Assembly (NCBI RefSeq): GCF_963921235.1
Contig: NC_086097.1
Coordinates: 13,826,001 to 13,890,000 of the forward strand
From: Mobula hypostoma
Lineage: Eukaryota
Length of the DNA: 64,000 nucleotides
Direction of reading: 5' to 3'
In this document: positions 63,468 through 64,000 of the stretch, one piece after another
How the letters are laid out: the number at the start of each line of letters is the position of its first letter
Position numbering within the stretch: the first letter of the stretch is position 1
Notes under the pieces: generated by a model
Seen by the model: the letters and a program-made list of their open reading frames with translations, nothing else
Database searches by the model: none
What the model was told of the DNA's origin: nothing
Translations under genes and position numbers: made by a program

Positions 63468-63662
63468 GAGATGATTCAGTTCCATGAAACACCCAATCCA
63501 AAGTGGACCTGCTGTGGTGGAAGGAATGCATATTTACATATTGAAGTTCTGGTGGTCCCATTAAAAAGGCAATTCATGCAAGCAGCTCTGATGGAAATCT
63601 TCAAATATTCCTGTTTTAGACTGCTACAGCTGAAATCTGCAGCTACAGCCATGGACAATACA
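63468..63662 (+). other. Candidate host exon (195 bp), gene unknown
   Basis: Acceptor ccttgtttataacag|G, donor ACA|gtaagc, open in phase 0, strong Kozak acagccATGG 12 nt before the donor. Confidence 0.3.
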
Positions 63663-63752
63663 GTAAGCAATGTTGTTTTAGGGCCTTTAAAAAATCTATC
63701 GCTGATCTTTTTGCATTATTTATTTAAGTTCTTTTAATATATAATGTGTGTG

Positions 63753-63756
<4 letters not shown>

Positions 63757-63785
<29 letters not shown>
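63757..63785. repeat. (TA)n microsatellite
   Basis: Read directly from the sequence. Confidence 0.9.
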
Positions 63786-63786
<1 letters not shown>

Positions 63787-63879
63787 TTTACTGTAATGTA
63801 CAGGTTTTTTATTATTATGTATTGCAATATACTGCCACTGCATAACAAATTACACAACATTTACTGGTGATATTAAAAC

Positions 63880-64000
63880 AACACACACAAATCGCAGGAG
63901 GAACTCAACAGGCCAGGCAGCATCAATGGAAAAGAGCACAGCCAAAGTTTAGGCCGAGTCCCATCATCAGGATTGAAGAAAAAATAATGAGGGCTCCTCA
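63880..64000 (-). mobile_element. Old Penelope-like terminal repeat fragment
   Basis: ggaggaactcaacaggccaggcagcatc plus minus-strand cctgatga hammerhead core remnant. Confidence 0.6.

Overview
Eukaryotic, AT-rich, repeat-dense vertebrate DNA. The repeat set (V-domain tRNA SINEs, Deu-domain SINEs, CR1, Rex1/Babar, RTE, Neptune-type Penelope elements) fits a cartilaginous fish, probably a ray; this is inferred from the repeats. No intact host gene could be identified, so the window looks intronic or intergenic, with two weak candidate exons (about 13.36 kb and 63.47-63.66 kb). Most ORFs in the track are spurious or transposon fragments. The strongest signal is a young Penelope-like retroelement (RT plus GIY-YIG) whose 3' terminal repeat carries a minimal type I hammerhead ribozyme motif. 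It is present as five insertions with 14-16 bp target-site duplications. Four share one inverted build: one arm with the full 3' tail and one arm 33-40 nt shorter. The fifth is a 25-bp tail-only insertion. Also notable: a five-copy composite Tc1-like element with self-palindromic termini, a foldback mariner derivative with five TIR copies, RTE-derived bipartite non-autonomous elements, and an internally deleted sushi-type chromovirus. Coordinates were read by eye; boundaries of old repeats are approximate, to tens of bp.
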